A stretch of 62,867 nt of DNA, the filler included. It is 6 parts of 6 records of this genome, joined end to end, with 100 filler letters (N's around TTAATTAATTAA, not from the genome) between each part and the next. Parts side by side here need not be neighbours in the genome. Positions count along the whole stretch, not along the records: positions 1 to 16,076 come from SRR22947727_4661; 5 more parts are not named here. One strand, written 5' to 3'. Below the pieces are notes generated by a model, which worked only from the letters and a program-made list of their open reading frames with translations, ran no database searches and had not been told where the DNA came from. Position 1 is the first letter of the stretch. Each line of letters starts with the position of its first letter. Both the position numbers and the translations under genes were made by a program. This document shows positions 1 through 12,183 of the stretch, piece by piece.

Positions 1-387
1 AAAAACATTATTCAAACAGATTCAAAAACAGCAGAGCTCACAAAATACATGAACAACACTTTTTTTGCTACCAAAGTCAGCATCATGAATGAGTTTAAAC
101 TTTTATGCGATAAAATTGGAGCCAATTGGCAGGATGCATTAAAGGGTTTTGTTTCTGATGGAAGAATTGGGGACAGTCATTTAAATGTCCCTGGGCATGA
201 TGGAAAGCTTGGATACGGAGGAACGTGTTTTCCAAAAGATGTCAACGCGCTTTTGTCTTTTTCTAAAAAGCATGATATTGAGTTAAACACCATTAAAGGG
301 GGCTGGAAGACAAATTTAAAAGTAAGACAAGAAAAAGACTGGGAAGAAAAGGAAGGCCGGTCTGTAAGCTTTAAGAAAACAAAATAA
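1..387 (+). CDS. UDP-glucose/GDP-mannose dehydrogenase family, 5'-truncated at window start
   Basis: Frame open from base 1 (KNIIQTDSKTAELTKYMNNTFFATKVS); catalytic GYGGTCFPKD motif. Confidence 0.85.
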   Translation, partial: KNIIQTDSKTAELTKYMNNTFFATKVSIMNEFKLLCDKIGANWQDALKGFVSDGRIGDSHLNVPGHDGKLGYGGTCFPKDVNALLSFSKKHDIELNTIKGGWKTNLKVRQEKDWEEKEGRSVSFKKTK

Positions 388-429
388 ACCTGACTACTGG
401 TGGTAGTCGAGAAAAAAATAAAAAGTTAA

Positions 430-1413
430 ATGAATATTGAATTAAGTAATAAAACAGTTCTAGTAACCGGAGGTGCAGGTTTTATTGGATCAAATTTATG
501 CGAGGCTTTACTTGAAAAAGGAAACAAAGTAGTATGTCTTGATAATTTCGCTACTGGTAAAAGAGAAAATATAGCACATTTATCTGCAGATGAAAATTTT
601 ACTCTAATTGAAGGAGATATTAGAAAAATAGAGGATTGTTTAAAAGCGACCCAGGGTGCAGATTATGTTCTGCATCAAGCAGCCTTGGGTTCCGTACCCA
701 GGTCTATTAAAGATCCTATCACATCCAATGATGTAAATGTGAGTGGTTTTTTAAATATGCTAGTAGCAGCAAGAGATAATGGAGTGAAAAGATTTGTGTT
801 TGCAGCAAGTTCATCAACTTATGGAGATTCAGAATCAATGCCAAAAGTTGAGGACATTATTGGAAAACCATTATCTCCCTATGCCATTACTAAATATGTC
901 AACGAGTTATATGCAGATATTTTTTCAAAGACCTATGGTTTAGAAACGATTGGTCTTCGATACTTTAATGTGTTTGGTAGAAAGCAAGACCCCAGTGGTG
1001 CCTACGCAGCGGTAATTCCAAAATTTGTCAGTCAGTTAATGAATGGAGAATCTCCTGTGATTAATGGAGACGGTAATTACTCAAGAGACTTTACCTATAT
1101 TGACAATGTAATACAAGCAAATCTACTAAGCCTTGTTACAACTAATGAAGAAGCCATTAACACTGTGTATAATGTAGCCTATGGCGATCGTAATACGCTA
1201 AACGATTTAATGGGATACTTAAAAGACTATTTATCTGAGTTTGATTCTAAAATTTCAAATGTAACCGTTATTTACGGCCCAAACAGATCAGGTGATATAC
1301 CTCACTCTCACGCAAGTATAGATAAAGCAAAAGAAAATTTAAATTATAACCCACAGTTTTCACTACAAAAAGGTTTGAAGGAGGCCGTAAAATGGTATTG
1401 GAAAAATTTGTAA
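430..1413 (+). CDS. UDP-GlcNAc(A) 4-epimerase, WbpP/TviC-like SDR
   Basis: [33 protein letters not shown] motifs. Confidence 0.9.
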   Translation: MNIELSNKTVLVTGGAGFIGSNLCEALLEKGNKVVCLDNFATGKRENIAHLSADENFTLIEGDIRKIEDCLKATQGADYVLHQAALGSVPRSIKDPITSNDVNVSGFLNMLVAARDNGVKRFVFAASSSTYGDSESMPKVEDIIGKPLSPYAITKYVNELYADIFSKTYGLETIGLRYFNVFGRKQDPSGAYAAVIPKFVSQLMNGESPVINGDGNYSRDFTYIDNVIQANLLSLVTTNEEAINTVYNVAYGDRNTLNDLMGYLKDYLSEFDSKISNVTVIYGPNRSGDIPHSHASIDKAKENLNYNPQFSLQKGLKEAVKWYWKNL

Positions 1414-1418
1414 AAAAT

Positions 1419-2702
<1,284 letters not shown>

Positions 2703-2725
2703 AATAGAAAAATTTAAATAATGTT

Positions 2726-4006
2726 ATGAACCTAAAATTTATAAAAAAACTTTTAGTCCCATTATTTCTTAAAGGATCAGGCATGCTTATATCCTTTATT
2801 TCCATGTTTATTATTATTAACATTTATAGTTTAGAAATATTTGGTAAATATGCACAATCAGTTAGTTTTTTATTATTTCTAAGTGGGATAGCTTCTTTTG
2901 GCTACCCTCAATCTATTTTTAGAGATTCTGCTTTGATGAATTTTTTTCAAAAAAAAAAATTATTCAATCAAATGTTTTTAAATACTGTTTGTATTTCGAT
3001 ATTAATTTCACCTATTTTAATCCTTTTTTTTTACTTTATTGAAGGGTTAAATGTCTATCAGATTATGATTTTAATTTTTATATTTTGGTTAATGGCAACT
3101 TCGCGTTTAAGATTTTCACTACTGAGAACTACAAAACATGTTAAGTATGCTGAAGTACCAGAACAAATAGTTAAACCTTTAATACTAGTAATTTCAATTT
3201 TAATACTTCCTAAAGACGACATAAATAGTCTTTATATTGCACTATTTTTAGGATTGTTAAGTGCTTTTGTTGTTAATCATTTTTTTTTAAAAAGGTATTA
3301 CACCTTGCCTTCAAAATTTGAAATTAATAAAGAATTAATTAATATTAATATTAAAAATACAAATACACAGTTGTGGATTTCAAATGTTTTAATATTATTT
3401 AAAGATTTTATAGAGTTATTTATGATTGGTTTTCTTTTGGGTGATTTAATTTCAGGAGAATATAAGATTATATTACAGGTTTATGTTTTATTAATGGCGG
3501 TTTTTAATACAATGGCATTGATTAATTCAATGAGTTTTGCCAAGTTAATTGCATTAAAAAAATATTCTGAGGTTAATAAAAAAGCACTATCAGAAATGGC
3601 TCCATCATTGATGATATTAACTTTAATAATATTTGTATTAATTCTTGCTGAGACAATTTTTAAGGTAAGTGACTATATGCAATTAAGTGAAGTAGCTTTA
3701 TATTCCATATTAATTTTTATGATGTTTTCAATTATCAATATTGCAATTGGACCAATAACGCAGTTACTATTACATTCACGTCAAATAAAAAAAATAATAT
3801 TAATGACAACCATTAGGGTATTATCTGTTTGTTTTTCAGCACTTTTAGCAAATATAACAAGTTCTCAGTATCAAATTTTAATTTTTACTATATGTCTCCT
3901 ATTTGCTGAAACAATTGTTTTATTGTTTGCAGCTAGATCTCTTTACTTTAGTATAGGCTATATTAGTCCAATTTATCAAAAATTAATTTTAAGAACAAAA
4001 AAATGA
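2726..4006 (+). CDS. wzx: Polysaccharide flippase Wzx
   Basis: Multi-pass hydrophobic 426-aa protein with Wzx-like N-terminus (FGKYAQSVS...GIASFGYP) inside a polysaccharide locus. Confidence 0.7.
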   Translation: MNLKFIKKLLVPLFLKGSGMLISFISMFIIINIYSLEIFGKYAQSVSFLLFLSGIASFGYPQSIFRDSALMNFFQKKKLFNQMFLNTVCISILISPILILFFYFIEGLNVYQIMILIFIFWLMATSRLRFSLLRTTKHVKYAEVPEQIVKPLILVISILILPKDDINSLYIALFLGLLSAFVVNHFFLKRYYTLPSKFEINKELININIKNTNTQLWISNVLILFKDFIELFMIGFLLGDLISGEYKIILQVYVLLMAVFNTMALINSMSFAKLIALKKYSEVNKKALSEMAPSLMILTLIIFVLILAETIFKVSDYMQLSEVALYSILIFMMFSIINIAIGPITQLLLHSRQIKKIILMTTIRVLSVCFSALLANITSSQYQILIFTICLLFAETIVLLFAARSLYFSIGYISPIYQKLILRTKK

Positions 4007-5100
4007 AGCATTACGGGATTATTTCGTTTGAAATTGGTGTCCATAAAAATTACGAGAACGTTAGATCTGCACATATTCAAATACCAGTTGAACTTACCAA
4101 AAAATTACAAAATTTTGGTGATAAAGTGCATTTCTTCACAAATCAATTACGACACGATACAAAGTTACCCAAAGAGCTTGAGGAAACAAATATTGTCACT
4201 ATTCCTGATCCAAGAAAAAGGAATGCCAAGACAGTAATGTACTCTGGTTTTAGTAAAAAAATAGATTTAATTAATATTATTAAAGGGATATATTCAATTA
4301 TTAAATATTCAAAACAAAATGAGTTAGATGTATTACACTTTATGAATGGGAGCATCTCAGTGGGTATTTATGCTTCAATAACTGCAATTTTTTCAACAAG
4401 AGCAAAGGTCTACTGGACTCCTAGTACTACTTTAAAAAATCATTATGGTATTACTAAATATTTGTTTTCGTTTTTAGACGGTATGATTAGTCATACAGAT
4501 TATCATAGACTACATAATTCAAAATTATTTAAAGATGTTAAAACTATTAAGCATGGGATATCTCGTAATATCAAATTAACTAGTTCCAATAAAAAAAGAG
4601 TGACGTTTTGGAGAGACCCATCTTATGAGAATGGTGCAGACATTGCAAAAGTTGTTTTTGAAAACTTAGCTAATGAATTTCCTGAAATTATTTTTACTTT
4701 TATGATCAGGCCCTACTTTGATGAAATAGATGTCGATTCAGAATTTAAAAATATAGAAGTTTTTAAATTTCCATATCAAAATGATATAACCCTCGAGAAT
4801 ATTCTGAGTGAAACCATAGTCTGTATTTTCCCATTTCGTGAATTCAGTACAAATCCTCAACTTAGTATTTTAGAATCATTACAAATTGGTATTCCTTGTG
4901 TTTGCAGTGATATTGAATCTGCAAGTGAATATGGTATTGACGAAAAGTTATTAATCCAAAATCATAATATAAAAGATTATGAATCTGCTATCAAGATGGT
5001 CTTAAAAGATCCACAAAATTACATACCACAAAAACCAAATTCTATCGGGTTTACATGGGATAATTATCTTAGTAAACACATAGAATTATATAACAAATAA
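4003..5100 (+). CDS. Glycosyltransferase, GT4-like (divergent)
   Basis: C-terminal LSILESLQIGIPCVCSD motif and FTW terminal motif. Confidence 0.7.
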   Translation: MKHYGIISFEIGVHKNYENVRSAHIQIPVELTKKLQNFGDKVHFFTNQLRHDTKLPKELEETNIVTIPDPRKRNAKTVMYSGFSKKIDLINIIKGIYSIIKYSKQNELDVLHFMNGSISVGIYASITAIFSTRAKVYWTPSTTLKNHYGITKYLFSFLDGMISHTDYHRLHNSKLFKDVKTIKHGISRNIKLTSSNKKRVTFWRDPSYENGADIAKVVFENLANEFPEIIFTFMIRPYFDEIDVDSEFKNIEVFKFPYQNDITLENILSETIVCIFPFREFSTNPQLSILESLQIGIPCVCSDIESASEYGIDEKLLIQNHNIKDYESAIKMVLKDPQNYIPQKPNSIGFTWDNYLSKHIELYNK

Positions 5101-5121
5101 ATAATTATTAATTACATTAGA

Positions 5122-6726
5122 ATGTTTAAAAACCTATCGAAAATCCCAAGTTTAGTTGTGTTTGACGCCTCTCCAAGATTGGCTAGTAGACTAACAAACA
5201 GTTTAGATTTTGAAAAATTTAAATTTCATCTATATTCTTTAAAGGTTAAAAAAAGTAAAAAAGTTAATTTTATACAATATAGCCAAAGTGAAGAAGTAAA
5301 TCAAAACAGCGGCGAAATCACAGCTTTACATAATAAAAGCTTACTTAATGGTCTTGCCAAATATCCTTACAGGTCAAAGTATGTATTATTTAAATTATCC
5401 CCTTTAAATGTTTATTTTTATTTAGGTCTAGCAGGGATGTTTAGAAGGTATATTATAGGTTTGCTCCAAGATAATAATAGGTTAGACATACTAGGAATTA
5501 AAACATTTACAAAAAGCCCGTTAGATCTTTATTTGGTAATAAAAAACCCTAATTCAAAATTCACTAATCATTTTTCTATCAGTACTGAAATTAACTATCG
5601 TGGTTTTTTAGACTATTTAAATAAATCAGGGAAGAAGTATACAGTAATTCGTTTTTTTGAAAATTTACCTGAACGATTTCGCGAAGGTGGTGATTTAGAT
5701 GTTCTTGTTGAAGATGATGTTTTTGATACGGCTTGTGATTTTTTAAGTAATAATTCTGGACCTGAAATGGTCGATATGTATTCTGTTACTGGACCGTCAA
5801 ATGCTGCAAAAATACCATATTACACTCCGTATTTAGCTAAAAAGATTCTAGATGAAAGTATACTCCATAATGGTTATAGTGTTCCAAATCCTGAACATTA
5901 TTTAAATAGCTTTATTTATCATTGCTTATATCATAAGGGGTTATCAAGCGGTATCGAAACTAGGTATCAAGATTTGAATGTATTAAAGACTCCAGATAAT
6001 GATTATTTATTAAAAATTCACGAACTCTCTGAAGCTTTAAATGTAGAAGTTGGAAGTACACTTGAAGAGTTAGATTTATATATGAAGTCCGTTGGATGGA
6101 GGCCACATTTGGATACACTAGATTTACTATCTTCAAATAATAAATGGTTACATAAGCATACAAAGTCAACTAATTTGGGTAAAGAGTTATGTTTAATTGC
6201 TTGCGTATTAAAAAAGGGTTTTTTCGAACACAATAAAATAGAAAATTTTGACAAAAAATTGGAATTATTAAATCTTAAAATTCTGAATAAAGAAGTTTTA
6301 AAAGGAGGAAGGTCATTGACTGCATATAATCATCTTAGAGGAGGGAATTGGTCCGCAACAAATGAAGAACAATATTCACCAGGTGCAGTTTACTTGCTAG
6401 TAGACGAATCGAGAGACGGATTTTTGGTACGTAAGAATAATCTTAATTACAATCCACGATCTAAAAAGATGGCCTTGAGGAAAAAATTCGATGTCGGGTT
6501 TCAAAGCCATATTCATATGACAGATAATACTTATCAAACACTTGAATACATTGATGTATTATATCCTGAACAATTATCTAAATATAAAGATACGATAAGT
6601 GAAATTGATGAGCATTTCAATAATAATGCTTTAATGGATTTTTTATTCATATTAATTTATAAATTAAAAACCTTTCCAAGAAAATTTAAAGACAGATTGA
6701 TCGAAAAGCTAAGATCGCTCTTATAG
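5122..6726 (+). CDS. Hypothetical protein: nucleotidyltransferase-like domain plus possible NDK-like C-terminal domain
   Basis: GGDLDVLV motif mid-protein; C-terminal LRKKF...SHIHMTDN segment reminiscent of NDK fold. Confidence 0.45.
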   Translation: MFKNLSKIPSLVVFDASPRLASRLTNSLDFEKFKFHLYSLKVKKSKKVNFIQYSQSEEVNQNSGEITALHNKSLLNGLAKYPYRSKYVLFKLSPLNVYFYLGLAGMFRRYIIGLLQDNNRLDILGIKTFTKSPLDLYLVIKNPNSKFTNHFSISTEINYRGFLDYLNKSGKKYTVIRFFENLPERFREGGDLDVLVEDDVFDTACDFLSNNSGPEMVDMYSVTGPSNAAKIPYYTPYLAKKILDESILHNGYSVPNPEHYLNSFIYHCLYHKGLSSGIETRYQDLNVLKTPDNDYLLKIHELSEALNVEVGSTLEELDLYMKSVGWRPHLDTLDLLSSNNKWLHKHTKSTNLGKELCLIACVLKKGFFEHNKIENFDKKLELLNLKILNKEVLKGGRSLTAYNHLRGGNWSATNEEQYSPGAVYLLVDESRDGFLVRKNNLNYNPRSKKMALRKKFDVGFQSHIHMTDNTYQTLEYIDVLYPEQLSKYKDTISEIDEHFNNNALMDFLFILIYKLKTFPRKFKDRLIEKLRSLL

Positions 6727-6730
6727 ACTT

Positions 6731-8140
6731 ATGAAAAAAATCATTTTTTTTTTAATATCTATATTTATATTATATTTAATAATTGCTGAATTATTTTATG
6801 TATATGTCCCTGTAAAATATTCAGTGATTATAATTCTAATATCTATTGGGTATTTTATAAAGTTATTTAGAAAAAAAACTATTGGAATAGTCAGTTTATT
6901 ATTTTTTATTGTTTTTACATTACCGTTTTTACACCTAATTCCATATTTGTGGATCGATCTAACTCAAAAAACAGATACTGTTTGGGGATTAGCAGCTAAT
7001 CCATTTCAATTTAACAATGAAATTATAAATCTAGTAGGAATGATGTCTTCTTGTGGAATGATAGGAATGATATTACCAACTCTTTTTCTACGGAAAAAAA
7101 ACTCACATGAAGTGGTTTCTAAGAAATCAAAAATTGTTAGGAAGAGTATGCCATTAGTATTGTGGTTTATTTGGTTGGTAATTGGGTTAATCCTATCAAT
7201 ATTATCAGCTCCAGAAGAAAGTTTACTAAATGCTGCATATACTACTTCTGAAAGCGCGAGTAAAGAGTTAAATGTTAGCTCAGCATGGTTATTATCATAC
7301 GTAGTTCTATTATTCGCTCTATATGATTCATTAGTTGAAAAAAACACCTTTGTAAGAAAAATAAAAAAAATAAGTATTTTTTCAGTTATAGCCTATATAG
7401 TTATTATACTTCAATTTTTTAGGGGAGATAGAGAATCAATCCCATGGTTATTAGCTTGTGTTTTAATGATATATTATTGGCTACCATTTTCAACGAACAC
7501 TAATTTTAAAATACCAAAAGCTAAACTTACAATATTTGTAAGTTTAGCTTTTGCAATTAGTGTTATAGTTGGAGCTTCTCGAAGTAGAATTTCAGATGCT
7601 GGTAATCTTTCTAATGCCGCAAATATCGCGGCAAATGTATTAAAAGAAAATCCTGAATTATTAAAAGGTACTTGGACAGCAGTCTTATTAACTCCACTGA
7701 GTACAGCAGGCGATTTTCTTACAAACAATAAACCTTACTTATGGGGTGAGGATTACCTTAATTTAATTTTATCAATTCCTCCAGGTTTCATTGCAGACAT
7801 GATTGGTTATGAACGACCTTGGGGTTCAGGAAAGGGCCCTGCAACAGAAATGATTTATGGAGAAGGTGGGACCCACTCTTCAGTATTACCTTTTAGAAAT
7901 TTTGGTTTATTAGGCATAATATTTATTACGAGCATAATATTTAATTTATTGATTAAGTTAGAAGATGTTACATATAGGAAGCCTTCAATGTCAAGTACAA
8001 TACTTTTGTCAACTCTAGTCACTATTCTACCTCATTGGCTTTGGTATGGAGAGAAAAACTTATTAAATGGTCTAATAATGTATTCTTTACTATTATTATT
8101 ATATAAGGTAAGTCTTGCATTTAAGGATATTACAAAATAG
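6731..8140 (+). CDS. Putative polysaccharide polymerase Wzy
   Basis: About 11-12 TM segments, RGDRE motif, large periplasmic loop, locus context. Confidence 0.6.
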   Translation: MKKIIFFLISIFILYLIIAELFYVYVPVKYSVIIILISIGYFIKLFRKKTIGIVSLLFFIVFTLPFLHLIPYLWIDLTQKTDTVWGLAANPFQFNNEIINLVGMMSSCGMIGMILPTLFLRKKNSHEVVSKKSKIVRKSMPLVLWFIWLVIGLILSILSAPEESLLNAAYTTSESASKELNVSSAWLLSYVVLLFALYDSLVEKNTFVRKIKKISIFSVIAYIVIILQFFRGDRESIPWLLACVLMIYYWLPFSTNTNFKIPKAKLTIFVSLAFAISVIVGASRSRISDAGNLSNAANIAANVLKENPELLKGTWTAVLLTPLSTAGDFLTNNKPYLWGEDYLNLILSIPPGFIADMIGYERPWGSGKGPATEMIYGEGGTHSSVLPFRNFGLLGIIFITSIIFNLLIKLEDVTYRKPSMSSTILLSTLVTILPHWLWYGEKNLLNGLIMYSLLLLLYKVSLAFKDITK

Positions 8141-8166
8141 ATAAATTAAAAAAATAAAATTATTTT

Positions 8167-10026
8167 ATGTGTGGAATATTAGGTGTTTGCAGTCAAACAG
8201 AAAAAATAGATATTCAGCTTCTTAAGTCAGCAGGTGAAGAACAAAATCATAGAGGACCAGATTCTAACGGAATTTGGACTTCAGAGTGTGAGCAAGTAGG
8301 CTTATATCATAATCGTTTAGCTATAATTGATACTTCATCTGACGGCTCACAACCATTTATAAGCGAGGAATACAATCTTGCAATTACATTTAATGGTGAA
8401 ATATATAATTACATAGAGTTAAGAAATGAATTAAAAGAATTAGGTTATAGTTTTCAAACAAAAACTGATACAGAAGTATTATTAATTGCTTTTGTTGAAT
8501 GGGGAAGAAATTTTATTTCTCACCTAATAGGGATGTTTGCATTTGCTATTTATGACACTATAGAACAAACAATTTTTCTTGCTCGTGATAGAGCAGGAGA
8601 AAAACCTCTTTTTTATATGAAAACTGAAAAGGGGCTAGTATTTGCGTCAGAATTAAAATCAATTTTTCTTTTTAAAAAGAAACTAAAATTAAATACTCAA
8701 TGTTTTAATGAATTTTTAGAAAATGGTTTTGTAAATAATAATAACTGTATTATCGAGGGCTTGAATAAACTTCCTGCTGGAAACACCATGTTTTATAATT
8801 TAAAAACAGGAAAGTTTAATATTTCACCATATTGGAAAGTAAACTATGCTAAGATTGAAAATTTAGATAATAATTTAAAATCTTGTGTATCAAAACTTGA
8901 AGATCTTCTCGAAAAATCCATAGAAAGACAGTTAAGATCAGATGTTCCAATAGGAGTTTTATTAAGTGGTGGTTTGGATTCAAGTATCATTACTGCAATT
9001 GCGAGCAAAAAAACATCAAAATTAAATACTTTTACAATAGGTTTCCCTGGTCATGATAAATTAGATGAGTCTAAATATGCTAAAGAAATATCAAAGGCGT
9101 TTAACACAAACCATACTCAGTTAAATGGATCCCCAGATAACTTTGTGAAATACCTACCCAGATTAGCACGAACATTCGATGAGCCAATTATAGATTCATC
9201 AATGTTTCCAACGTATCTCGTTAGTGAATTAGTTTCAGATCACTGTAAAGTAGTTTTAGGAGGTGACGGTGGAGATGAACTATTTGCAGGCTATATGCAT
9301 TATTCTAGGATCTTACTTATAGAAAAGTATTTTAAATTTATACCTCGTTTTATAAAGCGAACATCACTACTATTTTTGTCCAAATTTGTAAGTGTTAACA
9401 GTTCAATTTATCGATACCTGAAATTATTAAAAGTAGACTTCAAATTAGAGACACCCAAAGTTGCAACTTATTTCAGCTATGAAAATAGGCGTAAACTGAT
9501 TGGCTCAAAAGCTATTAATATAAATTTACAATCAAAAAGTGTTGGATCTAGTGATTTGAGAACAAATTTATTGAACAGATTAACTATACAAGATTTTAAA
9601 AACTATTTATCTGAAGATATTTTGGTTAAGGTTGACAGAGCCAGTATGGCTAATTCATTAGAGGTAAGAGCTCCCATGTTAGATAGGGATATTATTGAAT
9701 TTGCGTATGACCAAGTTCCTTCAAAGTTTAAAGCTAATTCTAAAGAACGTAAAATTTTATTGAAAAAATTGGGTGAAAAATTACTTCCAGAAAATTATAA
9801 TTACAAGAGAAAACAAGGATTTTCAATTCCATTAAATGATTGGCTAAGATCTGGGGTGGTAAGAGAATATTTTTGGGATATTTTGACCTCAAAAAATTCT
9901 ACTTTTGAATATAAAATGGTAAAAAATTTATTTAATGAACTTGATTCTGGAGTAAATAATGGAGAGCGATTATTTGGATTACTAATTTTTGAATTATGGA
10001 AAATAGAGTATAAAATAGTCATTTAA
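8167..10026 (+). CDS. asnB: Asparagine synthase-like glutamine amidotransferase (sugar amidation, WbpS-like)
   Basis: MCGI N-terminus, HRGPD, LSGGLDSS, GDGGDELFAGY, KVDRASMANSLEVRAP. Confidence 0.9.
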   Translation: MCGILGVCSQTEKIDIQLLKSAGEEQNHRGPDSNGIWTSECEQVGLYHNRLAIIDTSSDGSQPFISEEYNLAITFNGEIYNYIELRNELKELGYSFQTKTDTEVLLIAFVEWGRNFISHLIGMFAFAIYDTIEQTIFLARDRAGEKPLFYMKTEKGLVFASELKSIFLFKKKLKLNTQCFNEFLENGFVNNNNCIIEGLNKLPAGNTMFYNLKTGKFNISPYWKVNYAKIENLDNNLKSCVSKLEDLLEKSIERQLRSDVPIGVLLSGGLDSSIITAIASKKTSKLNTFTIGFPGHDKLDESKYAKEISKAFNTNHTQLNGSPDNFVKYLPRLARTFDEPIIDSSMFPTYLVSELVSDHCKVVLGGDGGDELFAGYMHYSRILLIEKYFKFIPRFIKRTSLLFLSKFVSVNSSIYRYLKLLKVDFKLETPKVATYFSYENRRKLIGSKAININLQSKSVGSSDLRTNLLNRLTIQDFKNYLSEDILVKVDRASMANSLEVRAPMLDRDIIEFAYDQVPSKFKANSKERKILLKKLGEKLLPENYNYKRKQGFSIPLNDWLRSGVVREYFWDILTSKNSTFEYKMVKNLFNELDSGVNNGERLFGLLIFELWKIEYKIVI

Positions 10027-10037
10027 ACAAATAAATT

Positions 10038-11171
10038 ATGATTTTAGGTATTGACGCTTTTAATTTAAAAGACGGCGGAGGTTTAACACATTTAGTAGAA
10101 TTACTAAAAGTAGCTAAACCGAGTGACTATGGTTTTAAACATGTTGTTGTATGGGGAGATAAGAAACTTTTATTACAAATTGATGACAGACCTTGGCTTA
10201 TTAAAGAAAATAAGGATATTTTAGAAAGAAATATTATTTATAGAATGTTCTGGCACCTGTTTTTAGTTAAAAGAGAGGCCTCAAAAAATAATTGCAGTAT
10301 TCTGTTTTGTCCAGGAGGTGTGTCTAGGTCATCCTTTAAGCCAAGTGTCACAATGAGTAGGAATATGTTGCCATTTGAATTGAAAGAATTATTTAGATAT
10401 GGTTTTTCATTTATGACATTAAAGTTGTTAATTATTCGAATGTCTCAGAAAAAATCATTTGTAAAATCGCAAGGCGTAATATTCTTAACAAATTATGCAA
10501 AAAAAATTGTAACAAAGGCTGTAAATATTAGTGAGGAGAAAATTGCTTTGATTCCACACGGCGTAACATCTATTTTAAATGGACGAAAACAGAGAAACAA
10601 TTTAGGTGTTAATAAAAATCATTATAATATAATATATGTTTCTCACTTTAGACCATATAAACACCATTTGAAAGTTGCAACTGCGATTGTAAATTTAAGA
10701 AAAAAAGGGTTTGAAGTATCGATTGATTTTATAGGGTCTAAAGGCCGAGGATTTGATGATTTTCTCAATTTTTTAAATATGAACGACCCAAATGGTAATT
10801 TCCTTAAGTATCATGGAAAATTAGATCGAAATAAAATGGAAAAGTTTTATTTGAATTCTGATATTTGTTTATTCGCTTCAAGTTGTGAGAATATGCCAAA
10901 TATTTTATTAGAATCTATGACATCTTCTCTACCTATAGTCTGTTCTAATAAAGGGCCCATGTCTGAAATATTAGGGGATGCAGGAGTATATTTTGATCCT
11001 GAAAGAGTAACTACAATAGAAAATGCAATTATAACTGTAGTAAGTGATCTTAAATTGCAAAAAAGTATGATAGCAAAAGGAAAAGAAAAAGTTAAAGAAT
11101 TTAATTGGACTAAATGCGCAAATCAAACATTTACATTTTTAAATAAAATAGCACATGATAAAAAAAGATAA
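10038..11171 (+). CDS. Glycosyltransferase GT4
   Basis: SSCENMPNILLESM...PIVCS motif. Confidence 0.85.
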   Translation: MILGIDAFNLKDGGGLTHLVELLKVAKPSDYGFKHVVVWGDKKLLLQIDDRPWLIKENKDILERNIIYRMFWHLFLVKREASKNNCSILFCPGGVSRSSFKPSVTMSRNMLPFELKELFRYGFSFMTLKLLIIRMSQKKSFVKSQGVIFLTNYAKKIVTKAVNISEEKIALIPHGVTSILNGRKQRNNLGVNKNHYNIIYVSHFRPYKHHLKVATAIVNLRKKGFEVSIDFIGSKGRGFDDFLNFLNMNDPNGNFLKYHGKLDRNKMEKFYLNSDICLFASSCENMPNILLESMTSSLPIVCSNKGPMSEILGDAGVYFDPERVTTIENAIITVVSDLKLQKSMIAKGKEKVKEFNWTKCANQTFTFLNKIAHDKKR

Positions 11172-12183
11172 ATTAAAATTTAAAGATAAAACTCTTTTAA
11201 TAACTGGGGGAACAGGATCTTTTGGAAACGCTGTTCTAAATAGATTTTTAAAAACAGATCATTTTAGTGAAATTCGTATTTTTTCTAGAGACGAAAAAAA
11301 ACAGGAGGATCAGAGAATAAGACTATCAAATCCTAAAGTTAAATTTTATATAGGTGATGTCAGAGATCCTTTATCAGTTGAAACAGCTGTTAGAGGGGTT
11401 GATTATATTTTTCATGCTGCAGCATTAAAACAGGTTCCTTCATGTGAGTTTTTCCCAATAGAAGCTGTTAAAACAAATGTGTTTGGTACAGAAAATGTCT
11501 TAGAAGCTGCAATAAGAAATAATGTAAAAAAAGTTGTTGTATTAAGTACCGATAAAGCGGTGTATCCTATTAATGCAATGGGGATTTCTAAAGCAATGAT
11601 GGAAAAAGTTTTAGTTGCAAAATCTAGAAATGCTTTAAATACAGTTATTACTGGTACACGTTATGGGAATGTTATGGCCTCTCGAGGTTCTGTAATACCT
11701 TTATTTGTAGATTTAATAAAATCAAATAAAGATTTAACACTTACAGATCCAACTATGACAAGATTTATGATGACATTAGATGATGCTGTTGATTTAGTTT
11801 TATTTGCATTTGAAAATGCAGAACCTGGAGATATGTTTGTGCAAAAAGCACCAGGAGCTACAATAGAAACCTTGTCAAAAGCATTACTTGAATTGTATCG
11901 AAGTAATAGTAAGTTAAAGATTATTGGAACAAGACATGGTGAAAAACTATATGAATCTTTATTGACAAAAGAGGAAAAGTTAAAAGCAATTGATCTTGGT
12001 AATTATTATAGGATTCCGTCTGATAATAGGGATTTAAATTACTCAAATTATATTTCTGAAGGAGAGGATAGTACTAATGATATTGAGGACTATAATTCAC
12101 ATAATACAGAACGATTAGATGTTATAGGAATGAAAAAACTATTACTCAAACTAGATTCCATCAAAAAAGATATAAGTGAATAA
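11155..12183 (+). CDS. fnlA: UDP-GlcNAc 4,6-dehydratase/5-epimerase FnlA (CapE/WbjB)
   Basis: TGGTGSFG, FHAAALKQVPSCEF, STDKAVYPINAMG, RYGNVMASRGSV. Confidence 0.92.
   Translation: MIKKDKLKFKDKTLLITGGTGSFGNAVLNRFLKTDHFSEIRIFSRDEKKQEDQRIRLSNPKVKFYIGDVRDPLSVETAVRGVDYIFHAAALKQVPSCEFFPIEAVKTNVFGTENVLEAAIRNNVKKVVVLSTDKAVYPINAMGISKAMMEKVLVAKSRNALNTVITGTRYGNVMASRGSVIPLFVDLIKSNKDLTLTDPTMTRFMMTLDDAVDLVLFAFENAEPGDMFVQKAPGATIETLSKALLELYRSNSKLKIIGTRHGEKLYESLLTKEEKLKAIDLGNYYRIPSDNRDLNYSNYISEGEDSTNDIEDYNSHNTERLDVIGMKKLLLKLDSIKKDISE

Noticed and set aside
392-408. GACTAC/GTAGTC hairpin containing GGTGGTAG, one mismatch from the enterobacterial ops element
   Set aside because: Short, single copy, and the locus looks flavobacterial, where RfaH/ops does not apply; function cannot be supported
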